Part shown: piece by piece, positions 37,430 to 45,978 of the stretch
How the letters are laid out: every line of letters starts with the position of its first letter
Position numbering within the stretch: position 1 is the first letter of the stretch
Position numbers and translations under genes: made by a program
The notes under the pieces: generated by a model
What the model was told of the DNA's origin: nothing
The model's database searches: none
Seen by the model: the letters and a program-made list of their open reading frames with translations, nothing else
Assembly (NCBI GenBank): GCA_041664285.1
Contig: JBAYLA010000005.1
Span: 1 to 62,539, forward strand
Origin: Minisyncoccota bacterium
Lineage (GTDB): Bacteria > Patescibacteriota > Minisyncoccia > Phycocordibacterales > UBA9973
Length of the DNA stretch: 62,539 bases
Reading direction: 5' to 3'

Positions 37430-38509
37430 ATGGCTGATAAAAATGACATTTCTCATATTTCTATATCTACAGGAACAATAATAAAATTTTTTCTAGTTCC
37501 TCTTTGCATATTTTTATTATATGTTTTGAGAGATTTAGTTTTAGTGGTTTTAACTGCTATTGTTATCGCTTCTTTTATTGATTCATCTGTTCCGCATTTT
37601 CAAAAAATAGGAATCAAGAATAGAGTTTTTGGGATTGTCCTTTTTTATACTATCTCCATGCTTTTTTTAGGTGGAATGTTTTATCTTTTTGCCCCTCTTT
37701 TAATAACAGAAATTTATAATTTCTCCACTTTTCTTTCAGCTTATTTTCCTGACGCTCCTTTCTTGAGTTTTTTCCAAAATGAAGCATTTTCTGGCGCAAA
37801 AAGTATTGTCAACGCTCTTTCTGGACATCTTTCAATTACCAGTCTTTTGTCTGTGTCAAAAGCTTTTGTTTTGAATCTTTCTGGTGGATTCGTTCAAATT
37901 CTTTCTGTATCTTTTGGTAGTATTTTCAATTGTATATTAATTATTCTTTTGTCTTTCTACCTTTCAGTTCAAGAAAAAGGGATAGAGAACTTTTTACATA
38001 TTATTGTTCCTGTTGAATATGATGATTATATAGTTGACCTATGGACACGAGCAAGCCGTAAAATAGGCCTTTGGGTTAAAGGGCAGATGCTTCTCGGTTT
38101 TGTTGTTGGGGTTCTTATTTATCTCATTCTTTCTCTTTTAGGGATACAATATGCACTACTTCTTGCTATTATTACTGGAATAATGGAAATGGTTCCTTAT
38201 GGTATTTTAGTTGCAATGATTCCCGTTTTTGCCTTTTCTTACCTTTCTAACGGGGTTGGGAGTGCATTCATGGTGGTAGGAGCTTATTTGATTGTTCATG
38301 AATTTGATGTATTTCTTTTTACCCCACTTTTGATAAAGAAAATAGTGGGTCTTTCTCCGATTGTGATTATCCTAGCTGTGGTGGTTGGTTTTGAATTGGG
38401 CGGAATTTGGGGAGCAATTCTTTCCATTCCAATGGCTGTTATTTTAACGGAATTTTTAAGTGATATTGAAAAAGATAAAATTTTAGCTCGAACTAAAAAT
38501 GAATCCTAA
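37430..38509 (+). CDS. AI-2E/PerM-family transporter
   Basis: Polytopic membrane protein with family-typical length and topology. Confidence 0.75.
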   Translation: MADKNDISHISISTGTIIKFFLVPLCIFLLYVLRDLVLVVLTAIVIASFIDSSVPHFQKIGIKNRVFGIVLFYTISMLFLGGMFYLFAPLLITEIYNFSTFLSAYFPDAPFLSFFQNEAFSGAKSIVNALSGHLSITSLLSVSKAFVLNLSGGFVQILSVSFGSIFNCILIILLSFYLSVQEKGIENFLHIIVPVEYDDYIVDLWTRASRKIGLWVKGQMLLGFVVGVLIYLILSLLGIQYALLLAIITGIMEMVPYGILVAMIPVFAFSYLSNGVGSAFMVVGAYLIVHEFDVFLFTPLLIKKIVGLSPIVIILAVVVGFELGGIWGAILSIPMAVILTEFLSDIEKDKILARTKNES

Positions 38510-39938
38510 TAAAAAAAGTTTCTATATTACGACAACGATTCCTTATGTAAATGCTGATCCACACATTGGTTTTGCACTTGAGCTTGTGCAATCAGATGCC
38601 ATCGCGCGCTATCAACGATTAAGTGGCAAAGAGGTTTTTTTTAGTACTGGTACAGATGAATATGGTCAGAAGATTTGGGAAGCAAGTCAGAAAGAAGGTA
38701 AGGATGTTCAAGAATATGTTGATTATTATGCGGAGAAGTTTTTAAATTTAAAAGAAACATTAAATCTTTCTAATGATAATTTTATTCGGACTACTAGTAA
38801 AGAAAATATTAAGGCTGCACAAGAATTTTGGCGTCTTTGTGATGCAAAAGGAGATATTTATAAAAAAGTATATAGAGGGTTTTATTGTGTTGGGTGTGAA
38901 AGATTTATTACCGAGAAAGATTTGATAAATGGTAAATGTTTCCTTCATCCAACTCAAAAATTAGAGATGGTTGAAGAAGAAAATTATTTTTTTCGACTTG
39001 GAAATTATAAAAAACAACTTTTAGAATATCTTGCAGGTGACAAAGTAATTTTTCCAGAGTGGAGGAGAATTGAAGCAATTGATTTTGTACAAAACGGTAT
39101 GGAAGATTTTTCAATTTCTCGTAATAAAAAACGTTTTTCCTGGGGAATATCTATACCAGGAGATGATACTCAAGTTATGTATGTCTGGTTCGGCGCTTTC
39201 ATAAATTATATTTCTACCTTAGGATGGCCTGACAGTAAGGAAAAATTTGAAAAATTTTGGCAAGATGGAAAAACTGTTCAGACTGCCGGTAAGGATATGG
39301 TTAAATTTCAGTCTGTGATGTGGCAGGGAATGTTGATGTCTGCTGGTTTGCCAACGACAGATACTGTTGTTTATCATGGTTTTATTACCGGTGAAGGAGG
39401 AATTAAAATGTCAAAATCGCTTGGTAATGTAATTAATCCAAATGAAATTGTGAAAGAATATGGCACTGATGCCCTAAGATATTTTTTACTTCGCGAGATT
39501 TCTCCATTTGAGGATAGTCCATTTACAATGGAAAGATTTAAAGAGTCTTATAATGCAGGACTAGCAAATGGTTTGGGGAATTTGGTGTCGCGTCTTATGA
39601 ATATGGTTATTAACTATGATGTAGACATATCGGACATTAATAAAAGTTATAAAAATTTTGAGACGGGCCACATTGAAGATTTTAAATTAAAAGAAGAAAT
39701 AGATGATATATTTAAGCGTGTTCAAGTTATTGATAAATTTATACAAATTTGTAAACCTTTTGAAAAAATAAAAACAGATCCAAAATTAGCAAAAGAAAAT
39801 ATAAAAGAAGCTGTTGGATATCTTTTTGAAATAGCCATGAGGCTTCGTTCTTTTCTTCCTCAGACTGCGGAAGAAATTCTCAGATTAATTAAAGAAAATA
39901 AAAAGCCAGAAAAACCGCTGTTTTTGAGAAAAGAATAA
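38499..39938 (+). CDS. metG: Methionyl-tRNA synthetase
   Basis: [10 protein letters not shown] (HIGH) and KMSKSLGN. Confidence 0.9.
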   Translation: MNPNKKSFYITTTIPYVNADPHIGFALELVQSDAIARYQRLSGKEVFFSTGTDEYGQKIWEASQKEGKDVQEYVDYYAEKFLNLKETLNLSNDNFIRTTSKENIKAAQEFWRLCDAKGDIYKKVYRGFYCVGCERFITEKDLINGKCFLHPTQKLEMVEEENYFFRLGNYKKQLLEYLAGDKVIFPEWRRIEAIDFVQNGMEDFSISRNKKRFSWGISIPGDDTQVMYVWFGAFINYISTLGWPDSKEKFEKFWQDGKTVQTAGKDMVKFQSVMWQGMLMSAGLPTTDTVVYHGFITGEGGIKMSKSLGNVINPNEIVKEYGTDALRYFLLREISPFEDSPFTMERFKESYNAGLANGLGNLVSRLMNMVINYDVDISDINKSYKNFETGHIEDFKLKEEIDDIFKRVQVIDKFIQICKPFEKIKTDPKLAKENIKEAVGYLFEIAMRLRSFLPQTAEEILRLIKENKKPEKPLFLRKE

Positions 39939-40620
39939 GAACCTCACCCCAGCCCCTCTCCTTATTAAGGAGAGGGGCAAACACAATAATACGAATATGA
40001 TAATAATAAATTATATTAAAGATTTTATTTACGGGGCAACAAAATATCCATGTGCATTGTTTAAACCAAAAGTTTTTGTTGGATGTTTCGGGACTGAAAG
40101 GCATGGATACTATCAAAAGATATTTTTTTCTAGCCTAATTAAGGTGGGATTTAAAAGAACTTTTTGGCAGTTGGTTTTTCCAGGACAGACTGCAGGACTT
40201 ATTAAAACAATCCCTGTAACTTTTACTGGGATAAATGAGTATCATATTAGGTTTTATGACGATGGAGTTATTGAATGCGAACTTGAGGTAGACCGATGGA
40301 GTGGTGGGCATTGGACAGGTCCAAGGTGTCATGGGGAAGATAGTAAAAAATTACTACAAAAAATTCTTGAAACAGAACTTAGAGATATATCACCTGAAGA
40401 ACAAAGCGAATTACATAAATTATTTGGGGTAAAAAATTTTGCACTAGAATGTGTTCGAACTCAGAAAAAACAAAAAACCTCACCCCAGCCTTCTCCTTGG
40501 CATAAAAGTAATTCGTTTTTGGAATGACGAAATAAATGTTAACATAAATGGTGTTCTGGAAAAAATTATTAGTGAATTAAATGACCCTCTCGTTAATAAG
40601 GAGAGGGTAGGGTGAGGTTC
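39939..40620. mobile_element. 682-bp insert with about 37-nt terminal inverted repeats between metG and tatD
   Basis: Left end gaacctcaccccagcccctctccttattaaggagaggg. The reverse complement of the right end is gaacctcaccctaccctctccttattaacgagaggg. A third partial copy lies at 40476-40498. Confidence 0.45.
39997..40527 (+). CDS. Hypothetical protein inside an inverted-repeat-flanked insert
   Basis: ORF only. The C-terminal residues are encoded by a repeat copy (40476-40498). Confidence 0.4.
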   Translation: MIIINYIKDFIYGATKYPCALFKPKVFVGCFGTERHGYYQKIFFSSLIKVGFKRTFWQLVFPGQTAGLIKTIPVTFTGINEYHIRFYDDGVIECELEVDRWSGGHWTGPRCHGEDSKKLLQKILETELRDISPEEQSELHKLFGVKNFALECVRTQKKQKTSPQPSPWHKSNSFLE

Positions 40621-40633
40621 TTAATTGTATTTT

Positions 40634-41473
40634 ATGACTCCTAAGTATATAGACATCCATAGTCATGTAAATTTTAAAGCGTTTGATGCTGATAGAGACG
40701 AGGTAATTAAGCGTGCCTTGGAAAATGATACTTGGGTAATAAACGTTGGAACACAAGTAGATACATCTAAAAAGGCAATTGAACTAGCGAATAAATATAA
40801 AGAGGGTGTGTATGCAGTTATTGGATTGCATCCGATACATACTAGTGCTTCACATCATGATAAACAGGAGTTAGGGGAGGAGGGAGGTGAGTTTACCTCT
40901 CGGGGAGAAACTTTTGATAAAAACATTTATCGAGAATTTTTGAAAGATAAAAAAGTTGTAGCTATAGGAGAATGTGGTTTGGATTATTATCATGCGGAAA
41001 AAGAATTAATAGCAAAACAAAAAGAAGTATTTATTAAACAAGTAGAACTTGCAAATGAATTTAATAAGCCTCTGATGTTGCACATTAGAGATGCTTATGG
41101 AGACGCCTTGAATATCTTGAAAGAATACGCAAAAGTAAAGGGTGTGGTCCACTTTTTTTCTGGCACACTGGAAGAAGCGAAAAGTTTTGTAGATTTTGGA
41201 TTTATGATTTCTTTTGCTGGAGCTATCACTTTTCCTCCTAAAAAGGACGGAACAGGATGTCATTACAATGAAGTTATAAAAAATGTTCCACTCGGCATGA
41301 TCTTAACTGACACAGATTCTCCTTATGTAGCTCCAGTGCCTTATCGGGGTAAACGTAATGAACCCGTTTATGTGAATGAAATTGTAAAAAAAATTGCTGA
41401 GATAAAAAATCTAGGAGAAGATGATGTTGCCCTAGCTATCGTCGCAAATGCAAAGCGAATGTTTGGAATTTAA
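40634..41473 (+). CDS. tatD: TatD-family metal-dependent hydrolase/DNase
   Basis: IDIHSHV, GECGLDY, HIRDA, DTDSPY. Confidence 0.85.
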   Translation: MTPKYIDIHSHVNFKAFDADRDEVIKRALENDTWVINVGTQVDTSKKAIELANKYKEGVYAVIGLHPIHTSASHHDKQELGEEGGEFTSRGETFDKNIYREFLKDKKVVAIGECGLDYYHAEKELIAKQKEVFIKQVELANEFNKPLMLHIRDAYGDALNILKEYAKVKGVVHFFSGTLEEAKSFVDFGFMISFAGAITFPPKKDGTGCHYNEVIKNVPLGMILTDTDSPYVAPVPYRGKRNEPVYVNEIVKKIAEIKNLGEDDVALAIVANAKRMFGI

Positions 41474-41513
41474 GACTAAATAACCATTGAGACTTTACTT
41501 TTTAAGGTCTTTT

Positions 41514-41522
41514 TGATAGTAT
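41514..41522 (+). promoter_or_regulatory. Extended -10 (TGaTAGTAT), 7 nt before rpsF ATG 41530
   Basis: Read directly. Confidence 0.5.
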
Positions 41523-41529
41523 GGAACCT

Positions 41530-42033
41530 ATGTCAGAAGCGGAAATTAAAGATGAAAATAAAATAGATACGGACGTTAATTCTCGGGTGTATGAGCTTGG
41601 TTACCTTTTAATGCCTACACTAGGAGAGCTTGATGTGCCAGTTACCGTTGGTAATTTAAAAGAACTTATTTCATCATTAGATGGTATTACTATCTCTGAC
41701 GAAATGCCAAAAATGTTAAACCTTGCTTATCCTATGGTTAAAGTTGTGGCAAATGTACGTAATAAATTTAAAACAGCTTATTTTGGCTGGGTTAAGTTTA
41801 CAATGGATTCAGATAAAATTTTGAAATTAAAAAAGCGCCTTGACCTTGATCCTAATTTTGTTCGATTCTTAATATTAAAAACAGTAAGAGAAAATACAAT
41901 CAATGCAAAAAGGTTTGTTCGAGGAGAGATGTCATATAGAAAAACAAAGACAGAAAAAAATGGAAATGAAAAAGCTGTTCCTATAGATAAAGAAGAAATT
42001 GATAAAGAAATAGATGCGATGGTAGCAGTTTAA
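41530..42033 (+). CDS. rpsF: Ribosomal protein bS6 with C-terminal extension
   Basis: YELGYLLMP core and rpsF-ssb-rpsR synteny. ATG 41530 fits the promoter spacing. Confidence 0.8.
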   Translation: MSEAEIKDENKIDTDVNSRVYELGYLLMPTLGELDVPVTVGNLKELISSLDGITISDEMPKMLNLAYPMVKVVANVRNKFKTAYFGWVKFTMDSDKILKLKKRLDLDPNFVRFLILKTVRENTINAKRFVRGEMSYRKTKTEKNGNEKAVPIDKEEIDKEIDAMVAV

Positions 42034-42051
42034 AAATTTGTAATTAATTAT

Positions 42052-42504
42052 ATGTATTTAAATAAAGCAATTTTAATAGGGAATCTTACTCGTGATCCAG
42101 AACTTCGATCACTGCCTTCTGGAATAAAAGTTTGTACATTTTCTATTGCTACCAATCGTGTGTGGAAAGATAAAAATGGAGCACGTCAAGAATCAGCTGA
42201 TTATCACAATATAGTAGTTTTCGGACGCCAAGCAGAGACAGTTGCTCAATATATGAAGAAAGGAAGTTCTATATTGATTGAAGGCAGGATGCAGACTAGA
42301 AGTTGGGATGATAAAACGAGTGGGGAGAAGAAATATCGCACCGAAATAGTGGCTGATCGTACTCAGTTTGGTCCCAAAGGAGGTAGTACAGGGGGAAATA
42401 CTGGAACATCAAGCGCAGGGTCAAAAGCCCCAGCCTCCGAAGGAGAAGTAGATTCTATAGAATACCCAGAAGAAGATATTAATCCTGAGGACATTCCATT
42501 TTAA
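42052..42504 (+). CDS. ssb: Single-stranded DNA-binding protein
   Basis: NKAILIGNLTRDPELR OB fold, Gly-rich tail, acidic tip ending DIPF. Confidence 0.9.
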   Translation: MYLNKAILIGNLTRDPELRSLPSGIKVCTFSIATNRVWKDKNGARQESADYHNIVVFGRQAETVAQYMKKGSSILIEGRMQTRSWDDKTSGEKKYRTEIVADRTQFGPKGGSTGGNTGTSSAGSKAPASEGEVDSIEYPEEDINPEDIPF

Positions 42505-42538
42505 TTAATAACTACGAGCTTAACGCCACATAAAATTT

Positions 42539-42739
42539 ATGAAACAAGATTATTTTTCAGCCAACAATATAAAATACATAGATTACAAGGATATTGAAAT
42601 TTTAAAGAAATTTTTAAATCCTAATGGTAAAATAGTGAGCCATAAACGCACAGGAGTAACTTCAAAGAATCAACGTGCATTGGCAAATGCTATTAAGCAC
42701 GCGAGATTTCTAGGGCTTCTTCCTTTCGTGGTTAAATAA
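42539..42739 (+). CDS. rpsR: Ribosomal protein bS18
   Basis: IDYKDIEILKKF...RTGVTSKNQR pattern and synteny. Confidence 0.9.
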   Translation: MKQDYFSANNIKYIDYKDIEILKKFLNPNGKIVSHKRTGVTSKNQRALANAIKHARFLGLLPFVVK

Positions 42740-42744
42740 AAAAC

Positions 42745-42771
42745 AAAAATCCTCGAAAGAGGATTTTTTTG
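42745..42771 (+). terminator. Intrinsic terminator after rpsR
   Basis: aaaaatcctc gaaa gaggattttt followed by a T tract. Confidence 0.8.
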
Positions 42772-42790
42772 AGCTAGGTTTTTAATTTTG

Positions 42791-42799
42791 TGTTATCAT
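42791..42799 (+). promoter_or_regulatory. Extended -10 (TGtTATCAT), 6 nt before ATG 42806
   Basis: Read directly. Confidence 0.5.
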
Positions 42800-42805
42800 A
42801 TTTTT

Positions 42806-43627
42806 ATGAATGATTTTGAAAGATTTCCTATTGGCAAAAAACGAAAAGAGGTAATTATACAAAATCAAGCAAAGATTAAGTGTTTTGAAGCTGGGAAAAA
42901 AGGGAAAAAAGATTATAGTTGGTTAGATTCCCCCTTAGATGAGGATTTTCATTCAATTGGAGGAGAATCTTTTGCTAAATCATTTTATTATATTTTACCA
43001 GAATCAAATAAAAACATGAAAAGTTATGTTCAGGAATGTCTTAAGAAAAAAGAAGGAGAAGCTGTCGGTGTAGAATTCGGGGGGATTGGCTCAAATGTTT
43101 TTAAATCATTTTCATCTGGTTTCTTTGCTCAATCAATAGGAGTTGATCTTATTGATCACAGAAAAAGAAAAGATTTAGTTCAGTCAAAAAAAGAAGATAA
43201 AAAAATAAATCATGAAATATTAAAGGGTGATATTTTTGATCTTAAAACATATGAATCCTTGGACAAGCTATTAGAAGGCAAAAAGGTAGACTTCATAGTG
43301 TCACGTATGGGAAGAGGTTTGGAATTCGTTCCAATAGAACCGTATACCGTTAGTAAAATTTTAAAAATTTGGTATGAATTACTTGCCGAGGAAGGTGTTA
43401 TGTTTGTGCAGACACCTGTCGCCTTCAACAAGCTTTTAAGAGATTGGACGGAAAAAATTGAAAAAGAATATAAAAATTTAATTGAGATATCTTTTGTGCC
43501 GGGCTTTGCTGATAATAGGGCAGATCATTGTAGTTCTTTTAGGCTTCGTAAATTACGTGGTGCACCAGCAGAATTACCCTTACTTGATCCAAGATCTGTT
43601 AAAAAAAGTTTTATCTATAAAAAATAA
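42806..43627 (+). CDS. Hypothetical protein (possible class I SAM-dependent methyltransferase)
   Basis: GVEFGGIGSN (motif I-like) and GVDLID. Weak assignment. Confidence 0.4.
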   Translation: MNDFERFPIGKKRKEVIIQNQAKIKCFEAGKKGKKDYSWLDSPLDEDFHSIGGESFAKSFYYILPESNKNMKSYVQECLKKKEGEAVGVEFGGIGSNVFKSFSSGFFAQSIGVDLIDHRKRKDLVQSKKEDKKINHEILKGDIFDLKTYESLDKLLEGKKVDFIVSRMGRGLEFVPIEPYTVSKILKIWYELLAEEGVMFVQTPVAFNKLLRDWTEKIEKEYKNLIEISFVPGFADNRADHCSSFRLRKLRGAPAELPLLDPRSVKKSFIYKK

Positions 43628-43640
43628 TAGAAGTAAAAAA

Positions 43641-44219
43641 CTAAACTCGTTCCACGTATTCTCCAGTTTCTGTATTAACACTAATTTTATCTCCTTCTTT
43701 TATAAACATCGGAGCGTTTAAAGTTGTGCCATTTTCTAAGGTAATAATTTTATTTCCGCTCTTAGAAGTATCTCCTCGGACGGCTGGTGGAGCTTCTTTT
43801 ACTAAAAATTCCATCTTAATGGGAAGAGTGACTTTAATAATTGTTTCTTCGTCGTCATTGTCCCAGACGAGGGCAGTAGCATTTCCATTTTGTTTTAAAA
43901 ATTTAGCAGTGTTTCCAATAAGGTTTTCGTCTAATTTAAATCTTTTACTTTTATCTTCTGGTTCACAAAACCAGAATTCACCTTTATTGGAATATAGAAA
44001 AGTAATATCACGTTTGGTGATATCAGCTTCCATCGCAGAATCAGAAACGTGATAAGTGGCAGGGAAGACCTTTCCTGATATTAAACTTCGCAATTTTACC
44101 TGATTTTGTGGTTTTCTTTGCTGGGTACGAGCAACATGAGACTCTACCACTTCACATGGTTCATCATCATGGATAATTATTTTTTTCTCACGAATTGCAC
44201 TGTATTCTAATTGAGCCAT
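43641..44219 (-). CDS. efp: Elongation factor P
   Basis: Family-typical length and three-domain pattern. ATG 44219 (MAQLEY) preferred over the listed TTG 44225. Confidence 0.88.
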   Translation of the reverse strand: MAQLEYSAIREKKIIIHDDEPCEVVESHVARTQQRKPQNQVKLRSLISGKVFPATYHVSDSAMEADITKRDITFLYSNKGEFWFCEPEDKSKRFKLDENLIGNTAKFLKQNGNATALVWDNDDEETIIKVTLPIKMEFLVKEAPPAVRGDTSKSGNKIITLENGTTLNAPMFIKEGDKISVNTETGEYVERV

Positions 44220-44226
44220 AATCAAT

Positions 44227-44235
44227 ATACTAACA
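44227..44235 (-). promoter_or_regulatory. Extended -10 (TGtTAGTAT on the minus strand), 7 nt before efp ATG 44219
   Basis: Read directly. Confidence 0.55.
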
Positions 44236-44283
44236 GATTAATTTATTAAATCAAATTTAAAAATAATTTAGATATAATTTTTC

Positions 44284-44354
44284 GCAGGGGTTTCGTAGGC
44301 TGTCGAGCCGAAAACTTCAGGATTTTTTTCAGCAGAAAAAAATCCGTACCGGAG
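44284..44354 (+). repeat. Two-hairpin intergenic repeat, copy 1
   Basis: GC hairpin ggct gtcg agcc (44298-44309). AT hairpin ggattttttt cagcag aaaaaaatcc (44320-44345). Confidence 0.7.
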
Positions 44355-44386
44355 AAAAATTGATATCTAAGTTATTTTATTTCTTT

Positions 44387-45427
44387 TTACGCTTCTTCAG
44401 CAAACTTTTTGCGAATTTCTTTTAAGATTTGGTCTGATGTCTTTTTATTTTCTTTCAAGAAGGTGCGAGTAGAGTCATAGCCTACGCCTAATTTTATTTT
44501 CTCTGTCTTGTCACCAGCTGGCGTGTAGAAATATGAATTTCCAGTTTTTTCTATAATTTTGAATTTTTCTCCTAGAGCCATAATCTCACCTTCTTTGGAA
44601 ATACCTTCATTGTAAATAATATCAAATTCTGTCTGCTTAAACGGAGCAGCCACTTTGTTTTTCACTACTTTTACCCGAGTACGACTTCCCACGACTTCCT
44701 CGCCCTTTTTTATTTGAGCGATTTTTCGAATATCAAGCCGAACAGAAGTATAAAATTTCAAGGCTTTTCCTCCTGGAGTAGTTTCTGGATTACCAAACAT
44801 TACTCCAATTTGCATTCTAATTTGGTTTATAAAAATAACAACGGTTTTAGATCGAGCAACGATAGCCGTTAGCTTACGAAGTGCTTGAGACATTAGGCGA
44901 GCTTGTTTTCCGACATGATATGCTCCCATATCACCCTCGATTTCATCTTTGGGAGTGAGGGCCGCGACTGAGTCTACGACCACTACATCAATTTTCCCAG
45001 TTCGAACTAATGACTCCACTATTTCGAGTGCTTGTTCGCCATTGTCTGGTTGAGAAATAAGTAAATCATTTATATTTACTCCAAGCTTTTTAGTATAATC
45101 TGGATCCATCGCATGTTCAGCATCGATGTATGCGCAAACACCACCCTTTTTCTGAGCTTCGGCTACAATGTGCAGAGAAAGAGTTGTTTTACCAGAAGAT
45201 TCTGGGCCAAAAATTTCTATAATCCTACCGCGCGGTATTCCTCCGACACCAAGCGCCATATCAAGGCCGATAGAACCAGTTGGTATTGTATTGATGTCTA
45301 CTTTTGGCGAATCACCAAATTTCATAATAGATCCTTCGCCAAATTTTGTTTGGATAGATTTCAGTGTATCTTCAAGCACGGCTTCGCCTACTGTTTTATC
45401 TTCTTTTTTTGCTTTTTTCTTTTGCAT
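44387..45427 (-). CDS. recA: Recombinase RecA
   Basis: GPESSGKTT Walker A and highly conserved core. ATG 45427 preferred over the listed 45469. Confidence 0.93.
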   Translation of the reverse strand: MQKKKAKKEDKTVGEAVLEDTLKSIQTKFGEGSIMKFGDSPKVDINTIPTGSIGLDMALGVGGIPRGRIIEIFGPESSGKTTLSLHIVAEAQKKGGVCAYIDAEHAMDPDYTKKLGVNINDLLISQPDNGEQALEIVESLVRTGKIDVVVVDSVAALTPKDEIEGDMGAYHVGKQARLMSQALRKLTAIVARSKTVVIFINQIRMQIGVMFGNPETTPGGKALKFYTSVRLDIRKIAQIKKGEEVVGSRTRVKVVKNKVAAPFKQTEFDIIYNEGISKEGEIMALGEKFKIIEKTGNSYFYTPAGDKTEKIKLGVGYDSTRTFLKENKKTSDQILKEIRKKFAEEA

Positions 45428-45555
45428 GATTGATTTTAAATGAGCGTAGCGAATATATAAAATCATCACCCAGTTAAATAAAATCCTTTGGATTTTAGCT
45501 TTTGCTTAGCAAAAGCTATTTAACGGGGTCAAAAAAAATATACTCACTTCGTTCG

Positions 45556-45900
45556 TTATTTTATAATATGATAATTTTTTTCATCAATATATCCAAACTT
45601 ATCTCTTGCTTTGATATTGATTATATTATATCCGGCAAGAAGTGCAATTGTTTCATCGAAGTTACCTTGTTCATCTATAGAAATTTCTCGGCCATCTAGG
45701 GTTAGATTTATTGCGTTTTTTGCATTACCGGTTATTTGTATTATATTTTCTGTTACTGTAGCTCCATCTACTAGATTTACATTTTTAATTTTTACACCAA
45801 ATATCAAATCTTTAGAACCTATAATTACATAAATAATAATTAAAATAAAAAAAAGAGAAAACCCTCCTATTTTAATTATTTTTTTTGTATTTTGATTCAT
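45556..45900 (-). CDS. Membrane-anchored protein with Ig-like beta-sandwich domain
   Basis: N-terminal TM followed by a G..V.....I.I.G.......L.L.G pattern. Confidence 0.5.
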   Translation of the reverse strand: MNQNTKKIIKIGGFSLFFILIIIYVIIGSKDLIFGVKIKNVNLVDGATVTENIIQITGNAKNAINLTLDGREISIDEQGNFDETIALLAGYNIINIKARDKFGYIDEKNYHIIK

Positions 45901-45910
45901 AATTGATTTT

Positions 45911-45976
45911 TAACGAACATAGTGAGTATAAAAATTATTTAACAAGGTCTTTAAAATATATTCACTTTGTTCATTA
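45911..45976. repeat. Inverted pair of the TATAYTCACTWYGTTCRTTA motif
   Basis: 45911-45930 taacgaacatagtgagtata and 45956-45976 atatattcactttgttcatta. Further copies at 45538-45558 and 55565-55584. Confidence 0.65.
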
Positions 45977-45978
45977 TT

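Noticed and set aside
45113-45443. Plus-strand ORFs (106 aa and 91 aa) antisense to recA, and 56276-56632 (minus strand) antisense to rplL.
   Set aside because: They overlap highly conserved housekeeping genes and have no start context or motifs, so they are chance ORFs.
45473-45524. Three-way structure (outer stem gttaaat/atttaac, inner hairpins aaaatcc/ggatttt and agcttttgc/gcaaaagct) upstream of recA. It could be a riboswitch or sRNA.
   Set aside because: It most simply acts as the terminator region of the upstream minus-strand gene (45556-45900). It matches no riboswitch consensus I recognise and occurs only once in the window.
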